Positions 8,891 through 17,898 of a stretch of DNA of 64,000 nt are shown here, one piece after another. The stretch comes from Candidatus Kaelpia imicola (GTDB taxonomy: Bacteria > Omnitrophota > Gorgyraeia > Kaelpiales > Kaelpiaceae). A program made the position numbers and the translations under genes. The DNA lies in the NCBI GenBank assembly GCA_030765505.1, contig JAVCCL010000025.1, positions 14,865-78,864 of the forward strand. Direction: 5' to 3'. Under the pieces are notes generated by a model. That model was not told the DNA's origin. It searched no databases and saw only the letters and a list, made by a program, of their open reading frames with translations. The first letter of the stretch is position 1. Each line of letters starts with the position of its first letter.

Positions 8891-9706
8891 TTAGGAACCA
8901 AACCGTTTAGGTTTAATCCTTGCCGAGTTACCTTCTAAAGATATGATTCTTAACATCTCCTGGTGCAATAACCCGTTAGAAGAGAGTATATTAGGATAGA
9001 AAGGATTGAAATCTCCCCCGTCCATTCGCGTAACCCTGCCTCCAGCCTCTTCAATGAGGAGAATACCGGCTGCGGTATCCCAGGGATTCAAGCCCAGTTC
9101 CCAGAAACCATCCAATCTACCAGATGCGACATAAGCAAGGTCTAAAGCCGCAGCACCGCATCGACGTACACCTTGAGCATGGTATATGAAATTAGAGAAA
9201 TGTTCTATGTTGGTATCTGACTGATCTTTAAAATCATAGTAGAATCCTGTTGCAACTAAGCTACGGCTTATCTTATCTATTTTCGAGACTGAAATCTTCT
9301 TTCCGTTTAAGCAGGCACCCTCTTTTGATATTGCTGAAAAGATCTCTTTTCGCGTTGGGTCATAGATAACTCCAAGAATAGGATTCTTATCTTTTAACAA
9401 TGCTATTGAAACACAAAAAACCGGAAAAGTATGAGAGAAATTATTGGTACCATCTATCGGATCAACCAGCCAGTAATACTCACTATCGGCATCTCCTCCG
9501 AACTCCTCACCTACAAAATCAAAAGCAGGATACTTCCCAAAGAGATAACTCTTTATCATCTCCTCAGACCTTTTGTCTATTTCGGTGACCAGATTTCGCT
9601 CACCTTTAAACTCAATATTTTTTACCCTGCCAAGATTAGATAGAACATAATCTCCTGCATTTAAAGCAATATACTGAGAAGATTTGAGTATCTTCTTTAG
9701 ATTCAA
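8891..9706 (-). CDS. suhB: Inositol monophosphatase family protein
   Basis: WLVDPIDGTNNF and GAAALDLAYVASG motifs. The start codon appears to be TTG. Confidence 0.8.
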   Translation of the reverse strand: MNLKKILKSSQYIALNAGDYVLSNLGRVKNIEFKGERNLVTEIDKRSEEMIKSYLFGKYPAFDFVGEEFGGDADSEYYWLVDPIDGTNNFSHTFPVFCVSIALLKDKNPILGVIYDPTRKEIFSAISKEGACLNGKKISVSKIDKISRSLVATGFYYDFKDQSDTNIEHFSNFIYHAQGVRRCGAAALDLAYVASGRLDGFWELGLNPWDTAAGILLIEEAGGRVTRMDGGDFNPFYPNILSSNGLLHQEMLRIISLEGNSARIKPKRFGS

Positions 9707-9708
9707 GC

Positions 9709-9798
9709 CTATTTTTCCTTCTTGTTCTTATTTGGCTTACCAGACATCCGCTTTCTTCTTCGCCTATTTTTCAGTCCTCTTGTCAACTTCTTACTCAC
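9709..9798 (-). CDS. Candidate small basic peptide (29 aa), hypothetical
   Basis: GTG start with a canonical AAGGAGG 5 nt upstream. It encodes VSKKLTRGLKNRRRRKRMSGKPNKNKKEK. Its stop codon lies 2 nt before the suhB TTG start. Confidence 0.25.
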   Translation of the reverse strand: MSKKLTRGLKNRRRRKRMSGKPNKNKKEK

Positions 9799-9895
9799 AA
9801 CTACCTCCTTTTCTTAAAAACATAGAATAATCTAACAACTAAAGATTAAAAAATCAATAAGAGTTTAAAAAAGATTATTATCAATCAGTTAAAAA

Positions 9896-11599
9896 CTAAC
9901 TTAAAGGACTCTTCTTTATATCTCTAAAGACTCTCTCTATTTTTAGCTTACCTCTAGGCTTATTGATATCATCCGGAATTACAATCTTATTGTTTACAAG
10001 AGATGCCCCAATAACACCACTCATCGACTGATGAAACAACCAGCCGGCAGCGCCGGTATACCCACTCCAGATCATACGTCCAACCTCGAAATTAGTAAGA
10101 ATATCAGCCGGCTGCTTATTGGGCTGACCGCCGTAAATCTCTATCTTATCTTCTCCAACATGGCCAATGGGTGTTATCTTACGCCAAAGCCTATAACTGA
10201 TGGCTCTATATTCATCAGCCTTCTTATAGTCACCCAACTTCTCAAAACGCTCTGTGAGAACTCTGGAAGCTCTTATGAGCCACTGTACACCGTGACAATA
10301 CATTCCGTTTTCACGCACCCCCTCAGGATACCTTGAACTCCTTCCAAGGTAAGGCTTGGTATCCTCGCGTAACGCCGGCCAACCAAGCAAAATAACATCT
10401 TCTTTCTCAAGTACTTCCAATGCAGTATGGAACACTATCAACGACCTTTCTAAATTTACACCCGCTTTAACAGCCCAGGCAGCCGTTAAAGCATCTATCT
10501 CCCAGACACCGCTATCTTTTATTCCAATCTCTGTACCGTCATCGTGAATGGCACGTAAATACCTATCCTCTCTCCATGTACCTTCAAGAACATCTTCAAG
10601 TTTCTGCATCTTTCTTAGGTAGTGTTCTTTACGACCATGACCCTCTCTCTTTTCAATTATAGGAAGCATATGCCTTAAAACATAGTAGAGGAAGAACCCG
10701 AGCCATATACTCTCACCCCGCCCTTCGCTTCCTATTTCATCCAGGCCATCATTCCAATCTCCCGTTCTTATCAAGGGTATTCCATGTTCTCCCAATCGTT
10801 TTTCTAAAATAAGATCTATAGATCTTAAAGCATGCTTATAAACAGAATCTGCTCTGGTTGAACGATGATAGATATGACCCCAGCCTGTCTTATTATGCGG
10901 CAAATCGGCAAACGGAAACTCTGACCATACATATGATGTCATTTCATCCAATAACGAATAATCACCGGTAGTCCTAACATACTCTACAATGGCCCAGGGA
11001 AGCCAGAGCGGGTTATCTGAAGCATGGGAACGACAGGCAAAAGCAGTTCTGCCATCAAGCTGAGTAAAGAACCAGTGATAGACATCGCCTTCGAAGAATT
11101 GATGAGAAGCATGGAGAATAATCTGCTTTCTAGCCAGCGCAGGGTCTACCCAAATAAGGTTTACAGAGTCCTGAAGCTGATCCCTGAAACCATAGGCTCC
11201 GCTTGTTTGGTAAAATCCCCTCCGAGCCCAGATTCTCTCCGCCAAAGCTTGATATTTAAGCCAATTTTGATAGCGATCAAACTCAACTTGATTCGTCTTC
11301 ACCTCTACTGTTCCCATTAAATTCAACCACCAACTACGCGTATTATTAAGACTCTTCTTAACATAATCCAAACTTTTATACTTTTTGGCTAATTTAAGTG
11401 CTTTATCTCTCTTATCTGTCTGACCAAGAATAAATGCGATTGTGTAATCTCCGCCTGCAGGAATATCCAGGGTGCTTAAAAGGGCTGCTATCTGTCTATC
11501 ATCGTAGAGCTGAGCATTGTCAGCCTCACCCTTCTCTACCATAAACGGATGAGTTATACCTCTACCCAAACCAAAGAATCTCCCCCTCTTTGTCTCCAC
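9896..11599 (-). CDS. GH94 catalytic (alpha/alpha)6 domain (cellobiose phosphorylase / cyclic beta-1,2-glucan synthase C-terminal-like); probably the 3' part of the upstream gene
   Basis: RGRFFGLGRG and SGAYGFRDQLQD are GH94 signature blocks. The reading frame stays open upstream of the GTG start as far as 11638, and it overlaps the 3' end of the 1519-aa ORF in a different frame. Confidence 0.6.
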   Translation of the reverse strand: METKRGRFFGLGRGITHPFMVEKGEADNAQLYDDRQIAALLSTLDIPAGGDYTIAFILGQTDKRDKALKLAKKYKSLDYVKKSLNNTRSWWLNLMGTVEVKTNQVEFDRYQNWLKYQALAERIWARRGFYQTSGAYGFRDQLQDSVNLIWVDPALARKQIILHASHQFFEGDVYHWFFTQLDGRTAFACRSHASDNPLWLPWAIVEYVRTTGDYSLLDEMTSYVWSEFPFADLPHNKTGWGHIYHRSTRADSVYKHALRSIDLILEKRLGEHGIPLIRTGDWNDGLDEIGSEGRGESIWLGFFLYYVLRHMLPIIEKREGHGRKEHYLRKMQKLEDVLEGTWREDRYLRAIHDDGTEIGIKDSGVWEIDALTAAWAVKAGVNLERSLIVFHTALEVLEKEDVILLGWPALREDTKPYLGRSSRYPEGVRENGMYCHGVQWLIRASRVLTERFEKLGDYKKADEYRAISYRLWRKITPIGHVGEDKIEIYGGQPNKQPADILTNFEVGRMIWSGYTGAAGWLFHQSMSGVIGASLVNNKIVIPDDINKPRGKLKIERVFRDIKKSPLS

Positions 11600-14500
11600 A
11601 CCCTCAGAGAGAGTTGAGCTTGAAACAAAAGCCAGCCTTTACGGAACATATTACGAGGATTATAGAATAAAAGGACATCATTATCTTTGTCATAGCTTAT
11701 CAATAACTCACCTGAGCGCTCAGGCATAAACTCAAGCACCATCTGGAAATAAGGAGCAATGCGGAATCTTTTTTTACGGCCGCTATTGTTCTTTATTTTC
11801 AAAAGATATACACCTAAAGGGTCATCCGGCGGTACAAAAACTGTAAGCTCGGTTGAAATATCCTTTCCTTTCATATGAAAGACCGCACTGCCATCGACAC
11901 TGAACTCAGAGATATTTTTGACACTATTATCATTAAGCGGAAAATAGGTCGGAGAGTACCAGCTCTCTTCATCTATATCGTATAGATATATCGCCTCTCC
12001 GGGAATCTCTCTTGTAACCGTATCAGGCCAGTCTGGAGTCAAGCGGTTCTGCTGAGAGTTACCATTACAAGATGTATGAAGACCGCGATTTGTAACCATA
12101 ACAGAGTGCCCCAGAGAGTTAGACATAGCATGGTCATAAGGTCTGGGAGTATAGGGAGTACGGACTAAAATTTTGTTTCCATTATCCATATATTCAGAAT
12201 AAGGCTGCGGTGTTCCGGGAAGAATCTCTCCATGACCGATAAGTAATCTCTTCTCTCTCCTGGGTTCATAACCTACGGCAGTCTGCTTAGGTTGTAACAG
12301 TCTCTTCACCAGATCAAGAGCGCCGTTACGGCTCTCCTCGTATCCAATCATAAGATGTATAGTCTTAGAAGAGTTAGGGTCGAGCTCCACGTTAAGCATA
12401 AGACTCCCAATCGGGTCAAATGTCGGATAACGCTCGGTATTCTCGGCCTTCATGAAATCTAAAGTCTCAAGCACTCTTGGATTCCAGATGCTCTGAGCAC
12501 GGCCAATGAAGTCCATTCTGGAAAATAGAATACCTTCGGGGGAAATGTCTGTCGCTAAAATACCCATAGAGTTAGTACATTTTTGCCAGGATAGAAGTGT
12601 ATTAAAACCATTGATATACTCCATCTCAGGAAATAACCGCGCATACTGAGTATGGAACCTGTCATGCAAACCTCCATTAAGCACCCACTCTAAGTAGGGA
12701 ACAACTTTTAAATTACGCTTGCTATCTTTAAGGTTTTTAATATTTATCTTCCATATCTCCGCCCTGCTCTCCTGATCAGATAAGGTTATATCAATAGTAG
12801 TTTTAATGCCGTTTGAAGAGTTGATAACTTTAAGAGAATCTGAGTTCATCTTGATCTCAGAAGGTTGAAACTTATCTTCCGGAAAATTACCCACTACAGG
12901 CCAATAGCGCTTTTCAGCATCGGCAGAGTTGTCAACTAAATACAGAATTCTACCGCAAGGATCTATAATATCGTAAGAACGTCTGGTAATATCATATTCC
13001 GGAGGATAGACGCCACTCTTCCTGTGGTCAACCTGACTATATATCTCTCCATTCTCCTTAAGAAATGTCCTGTACCCAACTCTATTGGCTATATGGTAGG
13101 TCTTTATGAATCTCTTTCTTGAACGCCGTCTAAAAGAACGGACCAAAAACGATATTCCGCTAAAAATAAAAACAGCAACAAAGAATGATAGCAACCTCTG
13201 GTATAGAACAACACCTTCTAAGAAAGCAAAAATACCTCCTCCAAGAGAATCACGTATAGCCGCTGATCTACTCCAGGCATAATTCCACTCCTCACCTCTT
13301 GGGAGATAAAACGGAATTAAAAGAGGGCCCCAGGTACAGAATCTTTTAACCGCTTCCGGAATGTAGCGTTGAGCTGTATCTATTTTGATAAACCGCGCAA
13401 CTTTATCATCAAGCTTATCCAGTCCTATAAAACTTAAGTTGACCAACGTTGCGACACGCAGACCCATATGGTCCATCCAGATAAGAACCCTAAAGAAATC
13501 AAAAGCAAGTACATATACAAAGAGATTAAGGCTCCACTGTCTAAATGCCTGATCTGACATTGTTAAGTTATGATATATAGCAGAGAGCGTACGAATAGCT
13601 CCATCCTGATTATACCAGGTTGGATCCGGCATCATCCGCAAAAAGGTAAATATAATTGGCGACATCCATAAACCCCAACGCAAAACATATATCATATGTT
13701 CTATAAGCTGAGAGAATCCTTCTCTTGAGAAGAAAAATTTAATTGGTGCCTTATGTTTTTCAAAAAAAGCAAGAAGAAAGACTTTATTTATGGCAAATAA
13801 CCAGGCGGCTATAGCCCAGTTAATAACTCCGGCAAGCGATTCATCAAACAATAATCTGACTCCGCCGCGATAGATTCCCAGATCTATCCGCCCCCACTTA
13901 TTGACTAAAGGGTATGTAATATATTCCATAGCTTTAAACCCCGAGCTTGTATACAGCTTGAACTTCGCTACAACAACAGGGACCTGTAAAGCATCAAGAT
14001 AGAAAGCCAACGCACTACCAATAAAAACACCTATGATAGCATCGACAAAATACCGTCTCCAGGATTGAATTCGCCCCTGAGATTTAAATCTATAGGCAGC
14101 GTCTCTTAAAATACTTATCCCTGCAGATGAGAAGATACCAAAGACTGCACCAAATATAACTCTGCCCGACATATTCCAGTTAATAAAATCACTGCTTAAA
14201 GCATAGGCAACCCCTATGCCTAAAATAGCTCCTCTTGCATAAAGCACATGGTCACGATAGCTGTAACGTGCCCTCTGAAAAAAAGGCAGGCTACCATCAA
14301 AAGTCTCTATAATGGTTTTAAACAACGGTAGGGCCAGTGCCCCGATAAAAATACCCAAAAGAAGGGGAATCTTCTCTGCCGATAGTTGCAATAGATTAAA
14401 ATCCAGGAGCAGATAGATTGAGTACATGAACCCCATTAGAAGAGCACTGTAAGCCATTCCCTTTTTTACGCCTGTCTTTACATGTCCAGTCACGCTTTCC

Positions 14501-16113
14501 CATGAAGGAGCTACCCTGCGTCCGTAATCAAGAGCCATCCCAGTTAAGAAATAGACCACCCCCCACAGTCCTGCAAAAGAGAGCATGCTCGTCAATATAA
14601 CCACAAATATCTTAACCACTTCAGGCAGAGATTCAACTCCGGCAGTAGAACCTAAGTTCGCAATCATAGGCGCAAGAACAACACCGACAGAGATAAATAA
14701 AATAAAGAGATGAAGCTTGCGTTTTTTAAGCAGTTCTCTCTTAACAACTAGGCTAAAACTATTGGCAATAGCCTCATTAAATCCAAATATAACAACAACT
14801 CTGCCCAAGGATTCTAAAAACCACCTAAATGAAGACAAAAACCCTAAAGTCAACACATTACCCAGTTGCTTAAGAAGTACCGGGGTCTGCAAAACCATTA
14901 ACCAGTTAAGAAGAAAAGGTGTTAAGATGATAGAGAACCCTGTAAGAGCCCTGACGTGCTTACCACCAATTGCTAAAGAACGTGCATTGGACACCTGGTA
15001 GATTAAAAAGATGATTACTGCAGCATATTTATTTAACATTAGAACCTGACCAAAGGTAGAAGGAGCGAATAGAATACCTAGCTTGCTTGAAGATGCAGCT
15101 AAAAGCCCGACAATTAAGATGTTCTTGAATACCTGAAAAGGACTAAGATGCCTGCCTATAATTGTAAATTTAAGCAATTCTGCAATGACCGCACCCATCA
15201 AACTCAAAAAGAGAAACTCCAAACTGAAACCCTCATTTAAAGGGCAGATTGTACCAAGATAGCATATCCCAAAAGCAACCGCAGCTATTAATGTAAATGT
15301 CGACCCATAAAGCAAATCCTTTTTCACTTTAGTAAGAATAGAATTATCTGAGGAGTTGGATTTAACCCTAGACTCTGAATACCTTTCTATAGACCTTCTC
15401 TTCAGCAGTTTAATCACTGAATTAGCAAAAAAACCTACAATCGCACTCAACAAGAGAACTATAGCCAACCTAAAGAAGATATAATTTTTATGCAGAAAAC
15501 TCTGTTTATAGAACTCAACATCAAAGTATAGAAAACCCTCTAATGCTTTATCTCCTGAAGCACCTCCAGAGGCAATAATCTCTTCCGCACTAGATATGGT
15601 AGTTACAACAAAACATACCTCTCTGAGATCACCTATTGTATTCCAGGCAACCTCCTCCCTGAAATATTTCCAATCATTCCTGAGATCAAGAGGTATCGAT
15701 TGCATAGCGTTAGAACCTTTGATCTCCATCTTTACAGAGATTTCTTCCAACTGCTTTTTATTGGGCGCCTTGAGGGATATTTTAACAGCATCTACGCTAT
15801 CTTTGCTCAAACTGGCAGGATAGTCTTTTGTCCATACCCCTACGATAGAACCTTGAGGCAACCAGTATTTAAACCTTAAGACATCCTTATCTATGACTTT
15901 GTCAAATACTCTGTCTGTTGAACCCAGCGCAACACCGATATTGAACGTTCCTTTTTGATTCGAATCTAGAATGCCGAAAGAGCTATCAACACTAGAAAAC
16001 GCCGGGAGAGAGAGAAAGAATGAGATTAAAAAAACTGTGATTATTCCTGGATAGCAATTGCATTTTCTACAAAGTATCTCTTCTATTCTCATAACTCTAA
16101 ACATTTTAAGCAA
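11554..16113 (-). CDS. Large polytopic membrane protein with C-terminal GH94 N-terminal beta-sandwich domain (NdvB/Cgs-like, but lacking a recognisable GT domain)
   Basis: 1519 aa. It has an N-terminal signal/TM segment, a periplasmic domain of about 160 aa, and roughly 800 aa of repeated TM helices. Its C-terminal 450 aa resemble the N-terminal domain of GH94 enzymes and continue into the downstream 567-aa ORF after a frameshift. Confidence 0.5.
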   Translation of the reverse strand: MLKMFRVMRIEEILCRKCNCYPGIITVFLISFFLSLPAFSSVDSSFGILDSNQKGTFNIGVALGSTDRVFDKVIDKDVLRFKYWLPQGSIVGVWTKDYPASLSKDSVDAVKISLKAPNKKQLEEISVKMEIKGSNAMQSIPLDLRNDWKYFREEVAWNTIGDLREVCFVVTTISSAEEIIASGGASGDKALEGFLYFDVEFYKQSFLHKNYIFFRLAIVLLLSAIVGFFANSVIKLLKRRSIERYSESRVKSNSSDNSILTKVKKDLLYGSTFTLIAAVAFGICYLGTICPLNEGFSLEFLFLSLMGAVIAELLKFTIIGRHLSPFQVFKNILIVGLLAASSSKLGILFAPSTFGQVLMLNKYAAVIIFLIYQVSNARSLAIGGKHVRALTGFSIILTPFLLNWLMVLQTPVLLKQLGNVLTLGFLSSFRWFLESLGRVVVIFGFNEAIANSFSLVVKRELLKKRKLHLFILFISVGVVLAPMIANLGSTAGVESLPEVVKIFVVILTSMLSFAGLWGVVYFLTGMALDYGRRVAPSWESVTGHVKTGVKKGMAYSALLMGFMYSIYLLLDFNLLQLSAEKIPLLLGIFIGALALPLFKTIIETFDGSLPFFQRARYSYRDHVLYARGAILGIGVAYALSSDFINWNMSGRVIFGAVFGIFSSAGISILRDAAYRFKSQGRIQSWRRYFVDAIIGVFIGSALAFYLDALQVPVVVAKFKLYTSSGFKAMEYITYPLVNKWGRIDLGIYRGGVRLLFDESLAGVINWAIAAWLFAINKVFLLAFFEKHKAPIKFFFSREGFSQLIEHMIYVLRWGLWMSPIIFTFLRMMPDPTWYNQDGAIRTLSAIYHNLTMSDQAFRQWSLNLFVYVLAFDFFRVLIWMDHMGLRVATLVNLSFIGLDKLDDKVARFIKIDTAQRYIPEAVKRFCTWGPLLIPFYLPRGEEWNYAWSRSAAIRDSLGGGIFAFLEGVVLYQRLLSFFVAVFIFSGISFLVRSFRRRSRKRFIKTYHIANRVGYRTFLKENGEIYSQVDHRKSGVYPPEYDITRRSYDIIDPCGRILYLVDNSADAEKRYWPVVGNFPEDKFQPSEIKMNSDSLKVINSSNGIKTTIDITLSDQESRAEIWKINIKNLKDSKRNLKVVPYLEWVLNGGLHDRFHTQYARLFPEMEYINGFNTLLSWQKCTNSMGILATDISPEGILFSRMDFIGRAQSIWNPRVLETLDFMKAENTERYPTFDPIGSLMLNVELDPNSSKTIHLMIGYEESRNGALDLVKRLLQPKQTAVGYEPRREKRLLIGHGEILPGTPQPYSEYMDNGNKILVRTPYTPRPYDHAMSNSLGHSVMVTNRGLHTSCNGNSQQNRLTPDWPDTVTREIPGEAIYLYDIDEESWYSPTYFPLNDNSVKNISEFSVDGSAVFHMKGKDISTELTVFVPPDDPLGVYLLKIKNNSGRKKRFRIAPYFQMVLEFMPERSGELLISYDKDNDVLLFYNPRNMFRKGWLLFQAQLSLRVWRQRGGDSLVWVEV

Positions 16114-16254
16114 TTAAAACAACTGGATTCCCAACAACCCCCCCCATCTTAAGCAATACTCTACATGGAGTCATTATTGTATAATATATTTTCAAAGAAT
16201 GCAAATATAAATAGCTATTAAAAGAATACCTCTTATATGAAAACGAAATACCTC

Positions 16255-17703
16255 TTACCTTGGTATGTAATGGTGCAACTCAACCTCTCCATTTTTGGTC
16301 ACAAAATATCTCGACATTTCTAAATCAGATTTAAGATAGAGATATCTCTTTAAAAATCTATCCGCTTCAATAGCAAGTACACCTCCAACCCACGGAAGCT
16401 TTGAGTTCGACCAAACTATATACCAAATTCCCGACTCTTTATCTATGGTAGGCATACCGCCCAAACCTATTCCTGCAACTGTGCTCTCTCCATCGTAATA
16501 ATAACTGAAAGCACCGAGTGAAAAATCAGGCAATAACCAGATTTCATCCTGAATAGACTCATTCTCCTCAATATAATCTGCAATATTACCCCATGCGCTT
16601 TTTGGAATCTTAAAATATAAAATAGTATCATTAATATAAAGGCAACCCCAAAGAAGAATAAACAGCATTGCTATTTTTTTGCTTCTCTCATAAAGTCTAG
16701 CCATGGTATCTCCCCAACCTATAGCTATAAATGGCAGTAGATGAAAGAAGTATCGGGATTCAAACTTATAGCTTAAAGATAAAGATAGAAAAGAAACCAG
16801 CATCAATGTCAGACCAATTCTTTTGTGCTCTTTAGATAACTTTAGTAAACCAAATACAGACAATATCGCAAATAGAACAAATATAACAAAGTAAATCAAG
16901 GTCAAACTATAAGGGAGATCATAGAAACTCATTTCAGAAAAACCGGTTATATCCTTAAAAAATCTCAGGACCCAACCAATCATGTTAAGCAGCTGTGTCT
17001 TTAAAGCAAACTGGTGCTTGAGATAATAGCACTCCATCTCTATATTAAGAGACCGAGACAATATTGAAGAATATAAAAACAGGAAAGGAATCAAAACAAA
17101 TATAGTCAAAAAAGATATCCTCCTATATATCTTGTTTTTAAACTTAAAAAAAAGGAAAGACAGCACTCCCAGATATGGAATTATACAAACGCTGCCATTG
17201 AGTAAGAACAAAAAAAGCGAACAGGAATAGAGAATAGAATATCTTGGGTAATCTTTGATAATCTTAATTAGAAAAAAAATCCAAAGACAGAAGAACAGTA
17301 AAGCCGCTGAATACATCCTTACCTCTTGAGCAAGAGTTAAACCGTATACTGAAAAAGAGAAGATAAATAGAGACCAGTGCCTTGCAATATTTGCTTTCAG
17401 CAACAACTTGCTTATATTAAAAAAGACTATTAATGAAAATATAGATGGAATTAAAGAAGGTAGGCGCAAAGAAAATTCTGAATCTCCAAAGACCATAATC
17501 CAAAATTTTAAAAACAGAAAGTAGAAAGGAAAATGGCCTGCATAAATTCTATCTGCCCAAATATTGTTTAAAGACAAGAACTTTGCTATATACCAACTAG
17601 TCCCCTCGTCTATCCACAGAAAATGAGTCTCTAACTTATGGAACCTTACAGCTGCTGCAACTATTATTATGACCGCAGGCAGATACCAAGCATCTCTTCT
17701 CAT
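16255..17703 (-). CDS. GT-C fold membrane glycosyltransferase (PMT_2 / ArnT-like), paralog of the 360-1952 gene
   Basis: 482 aa. LWIDEGTSWYIAKF and FSLRLPSLIPSIFS parallel FWYDEAMSIALAR and FYLRLPSLLFSAVS in the first GT-C protein. It has many TM helices. Confidence 0.6.
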   Translation of the reverse strand: MRRDAWYLPAVIIIVAAAVRFHKLETHFLWIDEGTSWYIAKFLSLNNIWADRIYAGHFPFYFLFLKFWIMVFGDSEFSLRLPSLIPSIFSLIVFFNISKLLLKANIARHWSLFIFSFSVYGLTLAQEVRMYSAALLFFCLWIFFLIKIIKDYPRYSILYSCSLFLFLLNGSVCIIPYLGVLSFLFFKFKNKIYRRISFLTIFVLIPFLFLYSSILSRSLNIEMECYYLKHQFALKTQLLNMIGWVLRFFKDITGFSEMSFYDLPYSLTLIYFVIFVLFAILSVFGLLKLSKEHKRIGLTLMLVSFLSLSLSYKFESRYFFHLLPFIAIGWGDTMARLYERSKKIAMLFILLWGCLYINDTILYFKIPKSAWGNIADYIEENESIQDEIWLLPDFSLGAFSYYYDGESTVAGIGLGGMPTIDKESGIWYIVWSNSKLPWVGGVLAIEADRFLKRYLYLKSDLEMSRYFVTKNGEVELHHYIPR

Positions 17704-17765
17704 ATCTTTAAAAAGTCAAGGGCTGTAGACAGATAGATGTTGCCATCTACTCTTTTGATTTAAGA

Positions 17766-17841
17766 CGGGGACGACGGGAATCGAACCCGCGATCACCAGA
17801 TCGACAGTCTGGGGTCTTAGGCCAGGCTAGACGACGTCCCC
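17766..17841 (-). tRNA. tRNA-Asp (anticodon GUC)
   Basis: The minus-strand sequence GGGGACGTCGTCTAGCCTGGCCTAAGACCCCAGACTGTCGATCTGGTGATCGCGGGTTCGATTCCCGTCGTCCCCG has anticodon loop CUGUCGA and discriminator G. CCA is not encoded. Confidence 0.85.
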
Positions 17842-17898
17842 GTAAATGAGGTACGAATGCAAATAGTAATAGATTTTTTTATATCTGTCAACACTTAA

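Noticed and set aside
10031-11320. Several 60-100 aa plus-strand ORFs inside the GH94 gene
   Set aside because: They are antisense shadows of a gene with clear GH94 motifs on the minus strand.
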